Source: the human T2T-CHM13v2.0 reference genome, Homo sapiens. Taken from it: a DNA stretch of 64,000 bases. The notes beneath the pieces were generated by a model. That model saw only the letters and a list, made by a program, of their open reading frames with translations, searched no databases and was not told where the DNA came from. This document shows positions 44,163 to 58,032 of this stretch, piece after piece. Position 1 is the stretch's first letter. The number at the start of each line of letters is the position of its first letter. The stretch is taken from the NCBI RefSeq assembly GCF_009914755.1, contig NC_060928.1. One strand, given 5' to 3'. The translations under genes and the position numbers were made by a program.

Positions 44163-46392
44163 TAGGTTTTATGTAATATATGCCAGATTGTGTTTTAAAA
44201 TTTTTAGCAACTAGGGAAGTTAAAGATGCTCTGGAATCTGTCTTAAGCAAAATGTCAGTAAACCTAATTACCTGGGCTAAACTCTCACATGATTCCAAGT
44301 CAATTCAGCAAATGGGTGCTGTACCCTAGAGCTTTTTTATTTTCTCTAGTTCCATTAAGGGCACTGAGCTTTACATTGAGTAACACGTTCAAGACTCCCA
44401 TATATATTTGAAGCATTTGACAGAATAAGAAATATTAGAATTCAGAGACATAGTTAATATTTTAGAATTCATTAATTCATTTATCCCCCAATTTTTTATC
44501 ATGTATTACAAAATGTGCCAAGCAGTTTTCTAGGCAAAATATTTTATCAATCCAGTATGTTTTTTTCCTCCTGGGATGTTAGCATAATTATAATATTGCT
44601 ATTGCTAAAACCATGAATTTTCCAGTTTGAATAAGACTACATTTGTTCCTTGATAGAATATAATGATGGAGATAATTGAAATTTACAAGGAAAAAACCAT
44701 TTGCCATATTTAGGGATGAAAAATATTTTTATCTGTCATCCAATACTGAGTAATGACACATGGTAGGACTGTGATGTAGAGGTCAGTCTGTAGTAGAAAG
44801 GATGGGTAGAGGGGTTGTTAAGGAATTCTGTCATGAAGGTAGGTCAGAAGTGTTAGGGACCAACATTTCATTTCTATTGACAGGCTCAATCAGAAAAGCT
44901 ACGTTTTATTTGTTTTTATCACTCCTGGAACATTTCACTTAATTTATTGCAATTATCTTATGAAAGTCAGTGCTTTCTAACATGGATTAAAGTTACTTCT
45001 ATACGTATTCCCTTTCCTAGATTCTCCCACCTTGAAGATAGGATTCACATTTAAATTGTGTTTCCTCCACAATCCCTGGGAAGGAGATACATAGTAACTA
45101 TTTGTTGAATAAATATCTGAGTGCAAAATTCTGCATTTAAGTAAGATGTTCCCTCAGTGACTTATAAAAACCCATGGTTCTTTTAAAAATCCATGTCCAG
45201 CATTGTAAGAAAGTAGCTAAGCTTGGGTAAATTATGATGAAAGCTCTGCTGTCCTTATAGCACTCAGATTTACTTTGAAAGGGAATTGATATCAGCGACT
45301 GGGAACTGTAAATTATCTACTAATTTTAGGTCATTAGTTGTTCTTCTTGTGGAATATTAAACAATTCCCAACTAACATTTTTTTTAATGTTGTTCTAAAA
45401 TATATGCCTCTGCCTAGCCAAGTCATTTGGCGGTCTTTCCGTCCTGCAAAGCTGATCCATCATCTTTCCAGTTTAAGAAAGATTTTAGCTGAAAACATGT
45501 TTAGTGTCAGTAACTCCTAAAAAAGAAAAAAAAGAAGAACAAAAAGAAAAACAGGATGTCAACCTGAGTAGTATCTAATTTCAAATCTGTTTGGGGATAG
45601 TCTGACCTCAATTTAAAGCCATAATTTTGGTACTGATGGTACAAATGAACAAGAGCTAAGGATAAAGTAAGAAGGAACAGATGAAGACCTTCTAACCAAT
45701 AGTGATACTTATGTAAGATACCTAAAACACTAACATAGAAAGAGCTTAAAGTATATGTTCTTTAACACAATGAAAAGACTAGTTAAAACATTCAGAAAAC
45801 TTGATGGTTAGATTTGGATCCCCAAGGATCAAAATTTTAAAAAGGAAAAGAAAGGAAAAAAGAGAAAATCGTAAACCTCAATATATATGTAACAGCTCCT
45901 GTTGGCTTACTCCTCTTTTTTAACCTCTAGGGCGCTACTAAAAACTTTTTGAGATTAAAGGTAGATAATGTAAAATGTGCAAGTCTTTGGTGTCATCAAA
46001 CTACATTTTTTTTTTCCTAATGCAGTTTTTCTTTCTTGCTAAGACCATAGTTTTTCATTAACTTGCCTACCATGTCCTAGTTTTAGATTCATTTCATAAG
46101 GCTTTTATATGTTTTCTTTCTTCATGATGGGAAATGATTGATCAACTCACACATTCTCTGTTATGTTTCATGCCAATGAAGTAATATCCTGTAGAGTCAT
46201 TTTTTAAATTATGTTTTGGTCTTACATTACAACCTGCCCATACCTGTAAAAAAGAAGACTCCTAGCTCTAACACAGCATCTAATTAATTGAGCGCAGATC
46301 AATCTGTCATAGGTCTGTAACCATTGAGAGTCAAGGGTTATAATTAATCCACACCCTTTACCTTAAGGCAGAGCTGAAAATCTATATAAAGT

Positions 46393-47110
46393 TTTTACCA
46401 ACTGCAAATCCATATGGGTCTGCAGCAACCTCAATTCTTGCTTCCTCAGAAGAAAGAATTTGACTCAGGGGCATAAGGCAGAAGAAGTGACTGAGACAAG
46501 TTTTAGAGCAGGAGTGAAAGTTTATTAAAAAGCTTTAGAGCAGGAACGAAAGGAAGAAAAGTATACTTGAAAGAGACCCAAGCAGGCGACTTGAAGGACA
46601 AATGCTGGAGTTCGACCTTTTGACATGAGGTTTTATATGTCGGCATTCTTATGGGGTCTTGTGTCCTTTACCCCTGGATTCTTTCAGTGTGGGTTATCCA
46701 CATGTGCAATGGTTTGCTAGTGCTTGGGAGGCGAGCACATGCAGTGTGTGTACTGGAGTTATACACATGCTCCAGAAGAACCTGAGGCATTCTTCCCTTT
46801 TCCAGTGGACTGTGCCAGAAGGTCTTACGCCAGTTAAATTCTGCCATTTTCCCTCTTAGTGCGTGTGTGTGGGCCCACTCGCCTAAGTCCACAGATCTTA
46901 TCAGAAAGCTACTGGTCACCAGTTTCAGGTTTTTTTTTTTTCCATCTATAGGTAAATGCCTTTTCCTGGTGCTGGCTGCGACCAATTATTATTTTAGAGA
47001 GGCAGTGTGACAACTACCTGACCATCACCTGATGGTCACCTGACTTTCCTGGTGGGGTGTGAGGGCTGTCTCCTGCCCTGTTCGTGTCTGACTAGCTACC
47101 CGCTGTAACA
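46393..47110 (-). mobile_element. MER50 solo LTR (ERV1)
   Basis: Reverse strand begins tgttacagcgggtagctagtcag...gaccatcaggtgatggtcagg; 718 bp; 4-bp TSD AAGT. Confidence 0.88.
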
Positions 47111-47169
47111 AAGTCAATGGCAAATATAAATTATTCTACAAGTCACATATCGAATTAAGAAACTCATTA

Positions 47170-47440
47170 CCTTTCTCTATTTTATTTTTTCCTTCCTGTT
47201 TTTTCTCCCATTTCCCTCTTCTTACTTCCCTTATACATCTTTCCATTCTTTCTTCCTTTCCTGTTCATCCCTATTTCTTTTATTTTTTCCTCCCTTCCTT
47301 CTTGGTTTTTTAAATTCTTCTTTTTTCCATTCCTTTCCTCTTTTTATTTTCTTCCTCAAGCTTCCTCCATTTTTTTTTTCCTTTCAGTCTTGTCTTTCGT
47401 TGTTTTTCTTTCTATTTTTTTCTTTTTTTTTTTTTTTTGG
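47170..47440. repeat. CT-rich low-complexity tract
   Basis: About 270 bp that is almost all pyrimidine on the + strand. Confidence 0.85.
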
Positions 47441-50356
47441 TCAATCTGTATGTTACATCTCCTGTATGTTCACTGAAAATTAGGTATAATGGAAAGAGGA
47501 GATGATAAAATCAGGATCCAGCTTTCCTTATTTTATTTCCTCCTTCTTCCCTTTCTTAAATTCATATTTATTGAAAACCACTTAAGTAAGTATATCTAGA
47601 AATTTGAGGTGCAGAATCTCATTTGTTCGCTGCAATGTCCAACCAAGCAAATAAAGATGCAGTGGCTAAGCAAGGGTAATTAACTTGCATAAACCCATAG
47701 GTGAATGTCAGGATTAGAAAGCAGGTATGGTTACTCCGGGGGCCCTAGTTTAGCCAAATCCTTTTACCTCTTTCACTGTCTAGATTAGCTAGTTGAACAA
47801 ATCATTTGGTATCTGTTTCTTATTTTTAACCCTCTGGGAAATGAATACAACACTTGCCTGTTTCTCTTCTTCATTCAATAAAGAAGATGCCTTCAATTGT
47901 GCCAGGCATGGAATAATCAATTCCCATGATGATGATTATGGTAATGATGATAGCTTACACTTACATAGCTTTTTGTGTGCCCAAAGCTATCCTTACCTTT
48001 AGGTGGATAAATGCATGCCACTCATAATGATAACTTAGCCATTTATCTTAATTAACGCTGGTGTGCTGGATGTAATCAGTACATGTTCATTATTCACAGG
48101 TCGCTGTAAAGATAAAGAGATGTTTTGGGGCTGATACATCCTTTGCACATTGTCTTCATTTTTACATCCAGGTGCTGCAAGAGAAAAAAAGACATGTTTA
48201 ACCAAACTTGATTTAGGTTGAATACAATATTCACTTAAGACCAATTTTGAGGAGAGGAGGTAGCATATATAAATTATCTATCTTTTTAATAACAGAAAAT
48301 CATTAGGAAGGAAGGAAGTGTAAGAAAAATATCAGTGGCTATAATTTGCTTCCTTAACTGTAGAGATACAAATTAGAAGAGTTTCATCTGTAAATGTTTG
48401 CTTATAAATTTAAGAATAATTAATTTAAGAATAACTTATTTATTTAAGTCCGATATCCTGTGCCTTGCTGCAAGCAGCAGTATAATAATCTGTGGATACT
48501 TGGACATCAGAGACATTTTATCTTTGTGGACTTTTTATGTTCCTGTATCTTTTTATATACAATCAGGAAAATATGATTACTAGTTGAGAATTTGTAGTTC
48601 TTGTTAGCTTTCTGTATGTATAGATAAGCACTCCCAATGTCCAAATAAGAACAAGTTTGAACATTTAAAAACAGCTCAGTGGTAGAAGAAAACGCGTCTC
48701 TCATAAAAATTTATTTGTTTTAAGTTACTCCAACTTAGTTTAAAATAACCTAATTTAGCATAATGATAGTAACTTGGTGATTCATCTGTAAGGAGTTCCA
48801 TTTTGTAGGAAGAAAAAAAATATGTGGGTCTCTTTAGTTATCTACAAGGTAGCAGATTTTATTATATCTTGCTCAGGAGGAAAAACTTCATGGTGCTTCT
48901 CCTTGTTGGTTAGTAGCGCTGGAGTTAAGTATTCAACAGAATCATTATTACATCTGAATCACAATGTAGCCAGAAGTTTTCGGAGATTTTATTTTTTTTT
49001 TCCCCAAAAGAAGCAAAAGCAAGTCTGATGATGACTATTTTGGAATATTTAGCCATAACTATCTGGACACACCGTGAGCAGCATATTGTACTGTTTTCCA
49101 AATTTCATGAATAATATATAACTCATCAGATACTTCTTAGATCATCTTATTCTGAATCCTGAATCTGACTGCAATTCTAAATATATTTAATCACACCAAA
49201 TCCCCACGTGCTCTTTGGAAGCCATGTAGGTATATCATGGGCTGATAATTAGTCCTCACTTTGACTGGACATTTTTAATAGTTAAATGACACTACTTAAT
49301 CCAGCCTAAAGGATAAATAAATCTCATAAGTCATTGCTAGCTTTTTTTTCAGAGAAGCAAGTTTTCACTGACAGTTACTTTAAAAGACAAGTCTTCTCAA
49401 GATATTTGTTTTCCCTTTTAATTCTCTTGCTTTTGCACTTAAGCTGTGCATTGTTTAGCCTACTTAACATGCAGAGCAGGAAGCTGTTTTCTAACTTTTC
49501 CCCCTCTTTTTGAAGGTTATTTAATGCACATTTACTGAAATACTGTACCTTTTATACTTTCTAATCTGTTTAAAGATTCTTCAAATTATTTTTTTTTTCA
49601 AATGCTGATATACTTGTAAAGTCCATCTAAGTGTAGGGTAGAGATGATAGCGTGTTGAAGACAAACATTCTCTTTAATTTTCTCAATTTTACCTTCTTTT
49701 AATGTCCCTTTTTTTTAAGTAAATTGGGATTTAAGCAGTAAAAAAAATATGATTCGAAAATATATAAAATAGCAATTATATAAAAATTGTTTCTTTGGGG
49801 GAAATGAGAGATTATACCTAGTTAAGTAGATGACAGAGTACTAATTATTATTTATAACCTTTATTATTATATATCTGCAAGTCACAAAAGATTAAGTTTC
49901 AGTTAACTTTGAATAGCTAGTAATTATAAAATACAATGCCAACTGTCAGAAAATCATTAACTTTTGTACACCTAATCTTTGAAATTAAATTATTTTATAA
50001 TTATTTTTCTAAGCTTCTTACAATGTGCATTTTAATATTTGTTAATTTTAATACTTTTAAGATAAGCAACACTAAAATGTACCTTTTTAAGCCACTTTTC
50101 TGGGGGTTTATTTAAAAGAAATGTATTTGGTACTATAAATTTATAACAAAAAAACATGAATCTCTAATCTTTCATTTTCTTATTGGTAAACATAACAAAT
50201 TTAAGGTTTTGACACCTTTAATTTTTGCCAGGAAAGAGGGTATTAAGTAAAAATATATAATTAAGAATCAATATTCGATACTTAAGAATCAATATTCTAT
50301 CTATCAAATATGTGTGGGAGAAAGAATACGTAGAATAGTAGTTAAAGCAATAGTAG

Positions 50357-51200
50357 TGAGATGGGAGAGATCACTTGACCCCCTTGGACTTCTGAAAGGG
50401 GTGGCTTGTTTACTCAGCTGCCACTGTGCTCAAACCCCTTGCGGGAGGAAAAGCATGCAGGTAACCGGGTGCAAGAGCCAGGGCAAGTGCCTTTGGGCGC
50501 CAACAGGAATGAAACCCATACTGGCCCATGGCAGCATCTAAAGGTTGCCCATGACCTCTGGAGCCCCAGAGGGTGTGTGTTACAAACAGTGCTCTTTTAG
50601 CTTTGCTGTTCACGGATGGCTTAAGTGTTAAACAGCTCAGTGAAGAATCAGTGTCACAGCCTTTTTGGATTCCCACACCCAGTGCACCCATAATTCTTGT
50701 CCAGCGTCCAGGAAGAACCAGGTCCCACGAACAGATTGAAGGGTGGTGTATGCAGAGGATTTTATGGAGCAATGGAAGTGGCTCTCAGTGTGATGGGGGT
50801 CTGGAAAGAGGATGGAGGGAGAAGAGTTCGGAGAGGAGGACAAACTCCTCTCCAACCGTCCCCAGCCAAACTCCTCTTCATCCATCCCCAGCCGAACTTC
50901 TCTCCAACCTTAGTCTCCAATGTCCAGCTGCCTCTTCTCCTCTCAACGTCCAGATGCTTCTTCTCTTCTTTCCTTCTCTGCCATGCCACTCTGCTTTTCT
51001 GCCAGTGGAGCTTGGGGTTTTTATGGGTACAGGGTGAGGCGGTGTGACGGGCCAGGGTGGTTTTGGAAAAGGCAACATTCGAGCAGGAGAAAAGGAATAC
51101 AGGTTCTCATTAGGGCCGTGAGTCCAGCCTCGAGGGTGGAGCCCTCACCAGGGACCTTGCACTCTTCTACGCAGTATTTGCCTGCCTCCTGTCTATATCA
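50357..51200 (-). mobile_element. LTR27/LTR28/MER52-group solo LTR (ERV1)
   Basis: Reverse strand begins tgatatagacaggaggcaggcaaatactgcgtagaagag...gagggctccaccctcgag; 844 bp; TG..CA ends; 4-bp TSD GTAG. Confidence 0.85.
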
Positions 51201-51204
51201 GTAG

Positions 51205-51410
51205 TGATAACAGCAGAGAATATATTAGGTGCTTCTATGTGTATACCATAATGCTAAGCACTCAATGTGCATTTTCTCATTTACTTCTCAGAACAACCCA
51301 ATGAGATAGACTCAGATTTAAATCACTTGCTAAAGAACATAGTTGATAAGTGGCAGAATGTGGACTCAAAGCAGACTTCCTTTGTTCAGATACCTGAGTG
51401 TTAACCACCC
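51205..51410 (-). mobile_element. MIR SINE
   Basis: atgctaagcact...ctcatttacttctcagaacaacccaatgag...aagtggcaga. Confidence 0.65.
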
Positions 51411-52469
51411 CGATTCATTGATTTCTCTAAATCACAAGTGAAAGTGAAAGATTACACCATGCATGGTTCCTTGGCCTTTGTGCTCCAAGATACAATTATT
51501 AAAATTACTAGGTATAGGAATGTACTTGAGTGCTCTACTACCTTCTTACCTCACTGTCTTTTCATATACATAGCTTTTCCCCATTCCTACAGATTATTTA
51601 TTAGATTTATGGATTGTGACCGTACAACCAAAATAAACTAAAATTTCAGATATTATCCAATTACTTGATTAATGTAGTAAGTCAAGTTGGTGAAGCACAG
51701 CTGAAATAGTGCTTTGTGTTCATTTTCTCTTAAGAAATCTGTACATTCTTTTCCAATAGAAGAAACCCAATTGTGATTAATATATCCTACATAATCTCTT
51801 TGATGCTTTGTTTGCCAGAAATAACTGTCCAAATCATACTCCTTTTTTCTGTTGTTAAGCATTTATTTCTGCTTCTCACATCTAATTCGCCAAGGAGTGG
51901 TTCAGCATCTCCCATTCTTAGTTTGGCCCAGCATGCTGTGGTTTCCAAACATGGCTTTTCTTTCTGTGAAATGACAATAATCCAAAACCTCATAAATGAG
52001 TGGTCTTCTTGCCATGTAGGATCTAAAATAGACCTATCCCGTGAAGATAAACCTGTTTTTTTTAGCTGAATATGGCTTTAATGATAGTGGAAATTTGAGG
52101 CTTTTTACCAACACAGTAATTTTGTCTATTTTGACTTGGATACAAAATTTTCCATCTCATTCAAGGACCAACTGAGGGACAGCTGTGGGAGAAAACCTCC
52201 AGGAAAAACAGGTTGGACACCAACAGTCACATCCGAGTGTGGTTTGGCCCTGGAATCTTCCCAACACACACTCTCAAGTTGTCACCTTTCTATCTGTCCA
52301 AGCTAAAAATGTCCCTCTTATTTAAAGCTAAGACTTTTGTAGTTACCACTATATCTGACATCCAGAGATGCTACTTTTCACAGCTTTCTTCTTCCACATA
52401 TAGAGGAGTATTTTTCTGCTTTGATTCAGCTTAGACAAAGAAGATTTTTTTCTTTCTGAGTTTATAGTA

Positions 52470-52888
52470 CAGACTGCCCCTGGCATATGATGGTTTGGCA
52501 TATGATTTTTGGACTTTATGATAGTGTGCAAGTGATATGCATTCTGTAGAAAACGCAGTTCAATTTTTGAATTTTTATCTTTTATCTTTTCCCAGGCTAA
52601 TGACATTCAGTACAATAATCTCTCGTGATGCTAGGAAGTGGCAGTGAGCCATACTTCCTGGTCATCCAGAGGATCTCAAGGGTGAACAACTGATACTCAC
52701 AGTGCACTGTGTTGTCAGATGAGTTTGCTCAACTGCAGGCTAATGTTCTGAGCACCTTCAGCCTAGGCTTGGCTAAGCTATGATATTCAGTAGGTTAGTA
52801 GTATTACATACATTTTTAACTTAATGATATTTTCAATTTGCAGTGGATTTATTGAGCCATAACCTCATTGTAAGTCAAGAATTATCTG
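52470..52888 (-). mobile_element. MER47B (Tigger-derived non-autonomous DNA transposon)
   Basis: 419 bp, cag...ctg termini flanked by TA; ggctaagctatgat...taggttag internal match. Confidence 0.85.
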
Positions 52889-52924
52889 TACATTTATGTC
52901 TTGTGGATCAAGATGTTGTATAAT

Positions 52925-53100
52925 ATTGTGATTAAGGGCACAGGTCTGGCATCAGACTACTTGGGTGTGTAACCTAATTCTGCCACTCAGCAGATGCAAG
53001 CTCTTGGGTAACTCACTTAACTTCTTTGTGCCATAGCTTCCTCATCTGTAAAGTGGAGTAATATACAACTAGTCTATTTCTTAGAACAGTGCTTGACATA
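52925..53100 (+). mobile_element. MIR SINE
   Basis: tctgccact...cacttaacttctttgtgcc...ttcctcatctgtaaagtgg. Confidence 0.75.
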
Positions 53101-53103
53101 TCC

Positions 53104-53440
53104 TTTCTTTTTTTTTTTTTTTTTTTGATACAGAATCTCTGTCATCCAGGCTGGAGTGCAGTGGCGTAATCTTGGCTCACTGCAACCTCTGCCTCCTGGG
53201 TTCAAGAGATTCTCATGCCCCTGCTGCCTGGGTTCAAGAGATTCTCACGCCTCAGCCTCCTGTGTAGCTAGGATTACAGGTGCACACCATTATACCCAGC
53301 TATTTTTTTATTTTCTTTTTAGTAGATAGGGGGTTTTGCCATGTTGGCCAGGCTGGTCTCGAACTCCTGGCCTTAAGCGATCTGCTCACCTCAGCCTCTC
53401 AAGGTGCTGGGATTACAGGCCTGAGCCACCTCACGCAGGC
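53104..53440 (-). mobile_element. AluS/J SINE with an internal duplication of about 32 bp
   Basis: Reverse Alu; cctgggttcaagagattctca(t/c)gcc occurs twice. Confidence 0.93.
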
Positions 53441-54965
53441 AATTTATTGAATGTATGAATAAATATAGTTTTGGAGGTTATAGTACTACAATAGTGGGAC
53501 TCATCTTCCTTAATCCTGGAAACTTCTTGCCAGTTTTGTGCAGTTAAGTCCATTTCTTCTTATTTCTTCTTCATCTTGGAATTTTCCCCGAGATTTTATG
53601 TCCTGCCTTAGCAAATCTCAATTCCACTAGTCCTTGGCTTATTTGCGGAACAGGGAAAGATGACAAATTAGAAAGCAGAGATTGCCAGTTTTGTCCATCT
53701 GATGATTCACTTTAGTATTCACAAAGTACCACCAAATGGTTAATATAGTTCACATAAATTTTAAGTGTGCCATTTAAAGGAAAACTCTCTTTAGTGATGA
53801 TTTCTATTGCTAACAATGCCTGTAATTTTATCTATTTGTTTCTGATAGGATTGATTTATTTGAATTGTACAAGACACTGGCCAATACACAAAGACTTGCA
53901 GAAATTAATTCCCTGCAGCCAGTCTTCTTTGCCTAAGAACTGCAGAATAGCCAGTGAAGTGAATTCATTGCTCACATGGGAAAATCTGTTTACACCATGA
54001 AATCTGCTCTCCTATGTGATACCCACTTCTGGCAAAGTCAAACCTGAAAATATTGGCAAAAACAAAAACAAAAAAGAGAGACTTAAATAAAGAGCATGTG
54101 TGGCAGATGGTGGAGACGAATAGTTGATCATCACTGTCTGCTAGTCTCACTCACTGTACTCCCTTCAAATTGTTGCAGTACCGTAATTTTGCCATGATTA
54201 TCTATGAAATTATATTGACTGTTAAGCTCTGACTCACGCTTTTCTTAAGTCATCTATGGGAAAGATGACATTCTAATTACACTCCTGATTTTTTTACACT
54301 ATGAGTTTGTTAAGCGCAGACACGTTTAACTAAAGAAGAAGCCTAAATGTATGTAATTTGACATTGTGACAGATTAATACTTAGGCATTAGACCAGCAGT
54401 ACAATTAGATAGCTTGAATGTGTCCTACATCTTAATGTCTATATGACTTTAAGAAGTCACATTAAATCCTCCTTTTTTAAAGGGTCTGTTGCCATTTTGT
54501 TGATTGAAATAAATGAAAGTCTACCAGAAGATTTAAGTGAATTATGAGTAGGTTCATCACAATTACACCTAATTCTAGAAAATTGAAATCTAGGGAATTA
54601 AGTGTAAATTCAGAATATCTCAAGGTAAGAAACTATATTTACATTAGATTTCCTGAAGTGGTTGTTGAGGATGTAACTAACTCTTATTCTTTGAGTTATC
54701 TGAATTATTTTTAATAAGAATAAAACTTTAGTCTCTGAAGTAATTTGAAATGACAGCTAAAAGTAAAATTTAAAATTCAGATGACATTGTGTGCATATTA
54801 AAATTATATTATGCTATAGCAAATGTCATAGGATAACATACAGTTTACACAGAAATAGCCAAAATACACCAATTTCCATATAATATGATTAAATTATAGA
54901 GGCTTTCAAGCTTTTTCAGTGTGACTCAAAATAAGAAATTCATTTTTCACAGTGATCAAGTACCT

Positions 54966-55157
54966 ATATGTGTGTGCATATATATGTGTGTCCATGTGTA
55001 TATATATACATATATATATGTATGCACATATGCATACATATGTATATATGTGTGTGTATATATATGCATATATATGTATATATGTGTATATATATACACA
55101 TATATATGTATGCACATATACATATATACACACACACACACACACGGACACACATAT
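54966..55157. repeat. Alternating purine-pyrimidine (TA/TG/CA) compound microsatellite
   Basis: About 190 bp of tatg/tata/taca units. Confidence 0.95.
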
Positions 55158-56059
55158 AAAAGTCTGAAACAAAATCTTCTTTAAGTAACCTGAACTTCAT
55201 GTAAAGCTGGTTAGAGCTCCTTAAATGGATTCAGTCACCATCTCATGGGTCATGGCGCTCAGTTGAAAAGCACTGATCTAAACTGTCCATGATTATACCC
55301 ATTTTAAATGTATTCATCAGGTTACTACCATGAGGCAGATAAAATTTGTCAAACTGTATTAGGTTGGCACATTGCCTACAGTAGTTCTTATCACAATGCC
55401 CTCAGTTACAAGGATGGGAGAAGAGAGCCTTCTGCTATTCATCTCTTCTATCAGAAACATTTCATCTGTGTTTTGAAAATTTTCATCTATGGAATGAGCT
55501 GTGCATGAGACAATAATAAATATTATCTCCCAAGTTTATTCTTAAAAGACATGTATAACTGCCAACTAGAAGTCGTGACAACGCTAAAATAACTATAAAA
55601 TAGCTATTATCCATAAGCAAAGAAGCTTAACAGGTTAGTTCATGTGTATTTCCTTGTGACCACTAAATATAGAATTTTCCCATTGGACTTCTTCTTAGCA
55701 GCCTCTACTGACTCTACTGACAGCACCCTGCTCCCTAGGCTGGGTTTGAAGACTGCATTTTGTGTTATAAAACACTTCCATGGGTTATTCCCATTGACTA
55801 CATTGTTCTGTTAGAAAGAAAATCTCAACTAAAAAGGTTATAGGACAGGTCCTAAAAGGGGATGAGGAGAGTGAGTGGTGAAGTTCATTCAGATCAGCAA
55901 ATACCAAACAAAAAAGCAAAAGCCACATTGCTTTCTCAGCTTGGCCAGTGACATTGCATTTAGGATTAACAGATATCTTGCTAATAATTCTACCTGTGGC
56001 CATTGTGAAGGTAGATATAATCATCAGGGATGACAGGTAATCTGTCTCCCTGCTATATC

Positions 56060-56924
<865 letters not shown>

Positions 56925-57502
56925 TAGGTACAGTTTTCTGCTAATCACTAGGAGGGAAACAGGTTAAAGAAAACAACAACAAAAAATAAGTGATGAACAA
57001 ATAATAAACATCAGAAATCACAAAAATGCCATAAATCCTATAAAGTATTTATTAGAGTTGTGCCCTGGTACCTGACACTGCTTCTTAGATGTTACGTCAA
57101 ATTCTCTTCTCTTCTTGGGAATTACATTACCCAAATTTAGAATGACTTAAAATGATTCCTTTGATTATAGTGCCAGAGGCAGCTATCACTAAGGGGTAGA
57201 GAAAGGAAAATATGATCACCCAGAAAGGTGAGCTGTTTGTACTTTACTGAACAAAAATAATTTAAGGTGTGTTGATTGATCATATACAAATAATACGGAC
57301 AGTTGGATACTAGAGTGAAGTAGAATTTTCAAAACTGCAAAATGAAAATTCTTTAGTGTATTCTAAAAAATTAGGTACGCATGACTCAATGGGAAATAAA
57401 AATCAGTTTTTCCACTCCATATCTTTTAATGGATGAAATATAGGTACAAAGCACAAATGCAGCAAGTCTATACTAACCCTACTGCAACCAGAGAATTGGG
57501 AA

Positions 57503-58032
57503 TGTGTTTAAGGTTCCCATTGTAGCTATAAACAATAACTACAAACTTAGAGTCTTAAGGCAATGAAAATTTATTTAAATCCTATAGACCAGAAGTCTGA
57601 CATAAATCTGCCAGAGCTAAAATCAAAATCTCAGCAAAGCTGTATTCCCTTTCTAGAGGCTCAAGGGGAGAATCCGCTTCCTTGCCTCTTCCTGTTTCTG
57701 GAGCATGCCTACATTCCTTTTCCATCTTCAAAGCTGGCAATGACAAGTGCAGTCTTTCTCACATCACTTTATTCTTACATGGGCTTTTCTTCTGTCTCCC
57801 ACTTCCACTTCTAAGAAGCCCTGTGATTAAAAAATGGCTGAGTCAGGTCATCCAGTATAATCTCCCTATGTTAAGGTTAGTTTATTAGCAACCATGGCAA
57901 AGGGGAATGAAGGTTTCAGATAGCAATGTCACCTGAAACCTTCATTCCCCTTTACCATGTTACCTAACATATGCACAGTTCCACAGATTAGGATGCATAC
58001 ATTTTTGGAGGGGACCATTATTCTGCCTACCA
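57503..58032 (-). mobile_element. MLT1D-like solo LTR (ERVL-MaLR) containing an inverted duplication
   Basis: gctaaaatcaaaat...ggggagaatccgcttccttgcc...ggaccattattctgcctacca. Confidence 0.85.
57893..57959. repeat. Inverted repeat with 27-bp arms (26/27 complementary) and a 13-nt spacer
   Basis: catggcaaaggggaatgaaggtttcag / ctgaaaccttcattcccctttaccatg. Confidence 0.95.

Noticed and set aside
50314-51204. Dense stack of overlapping ORFs up to 154 aa
   Set aside because: Lies within a GC-richer solo LTR that is poor in stop codons; no gag/pol/env similarity
54906-55200. ORFs in all six frames
   Set aside because: An alternating purine-pyrimidine repeat cannot contain stop codons
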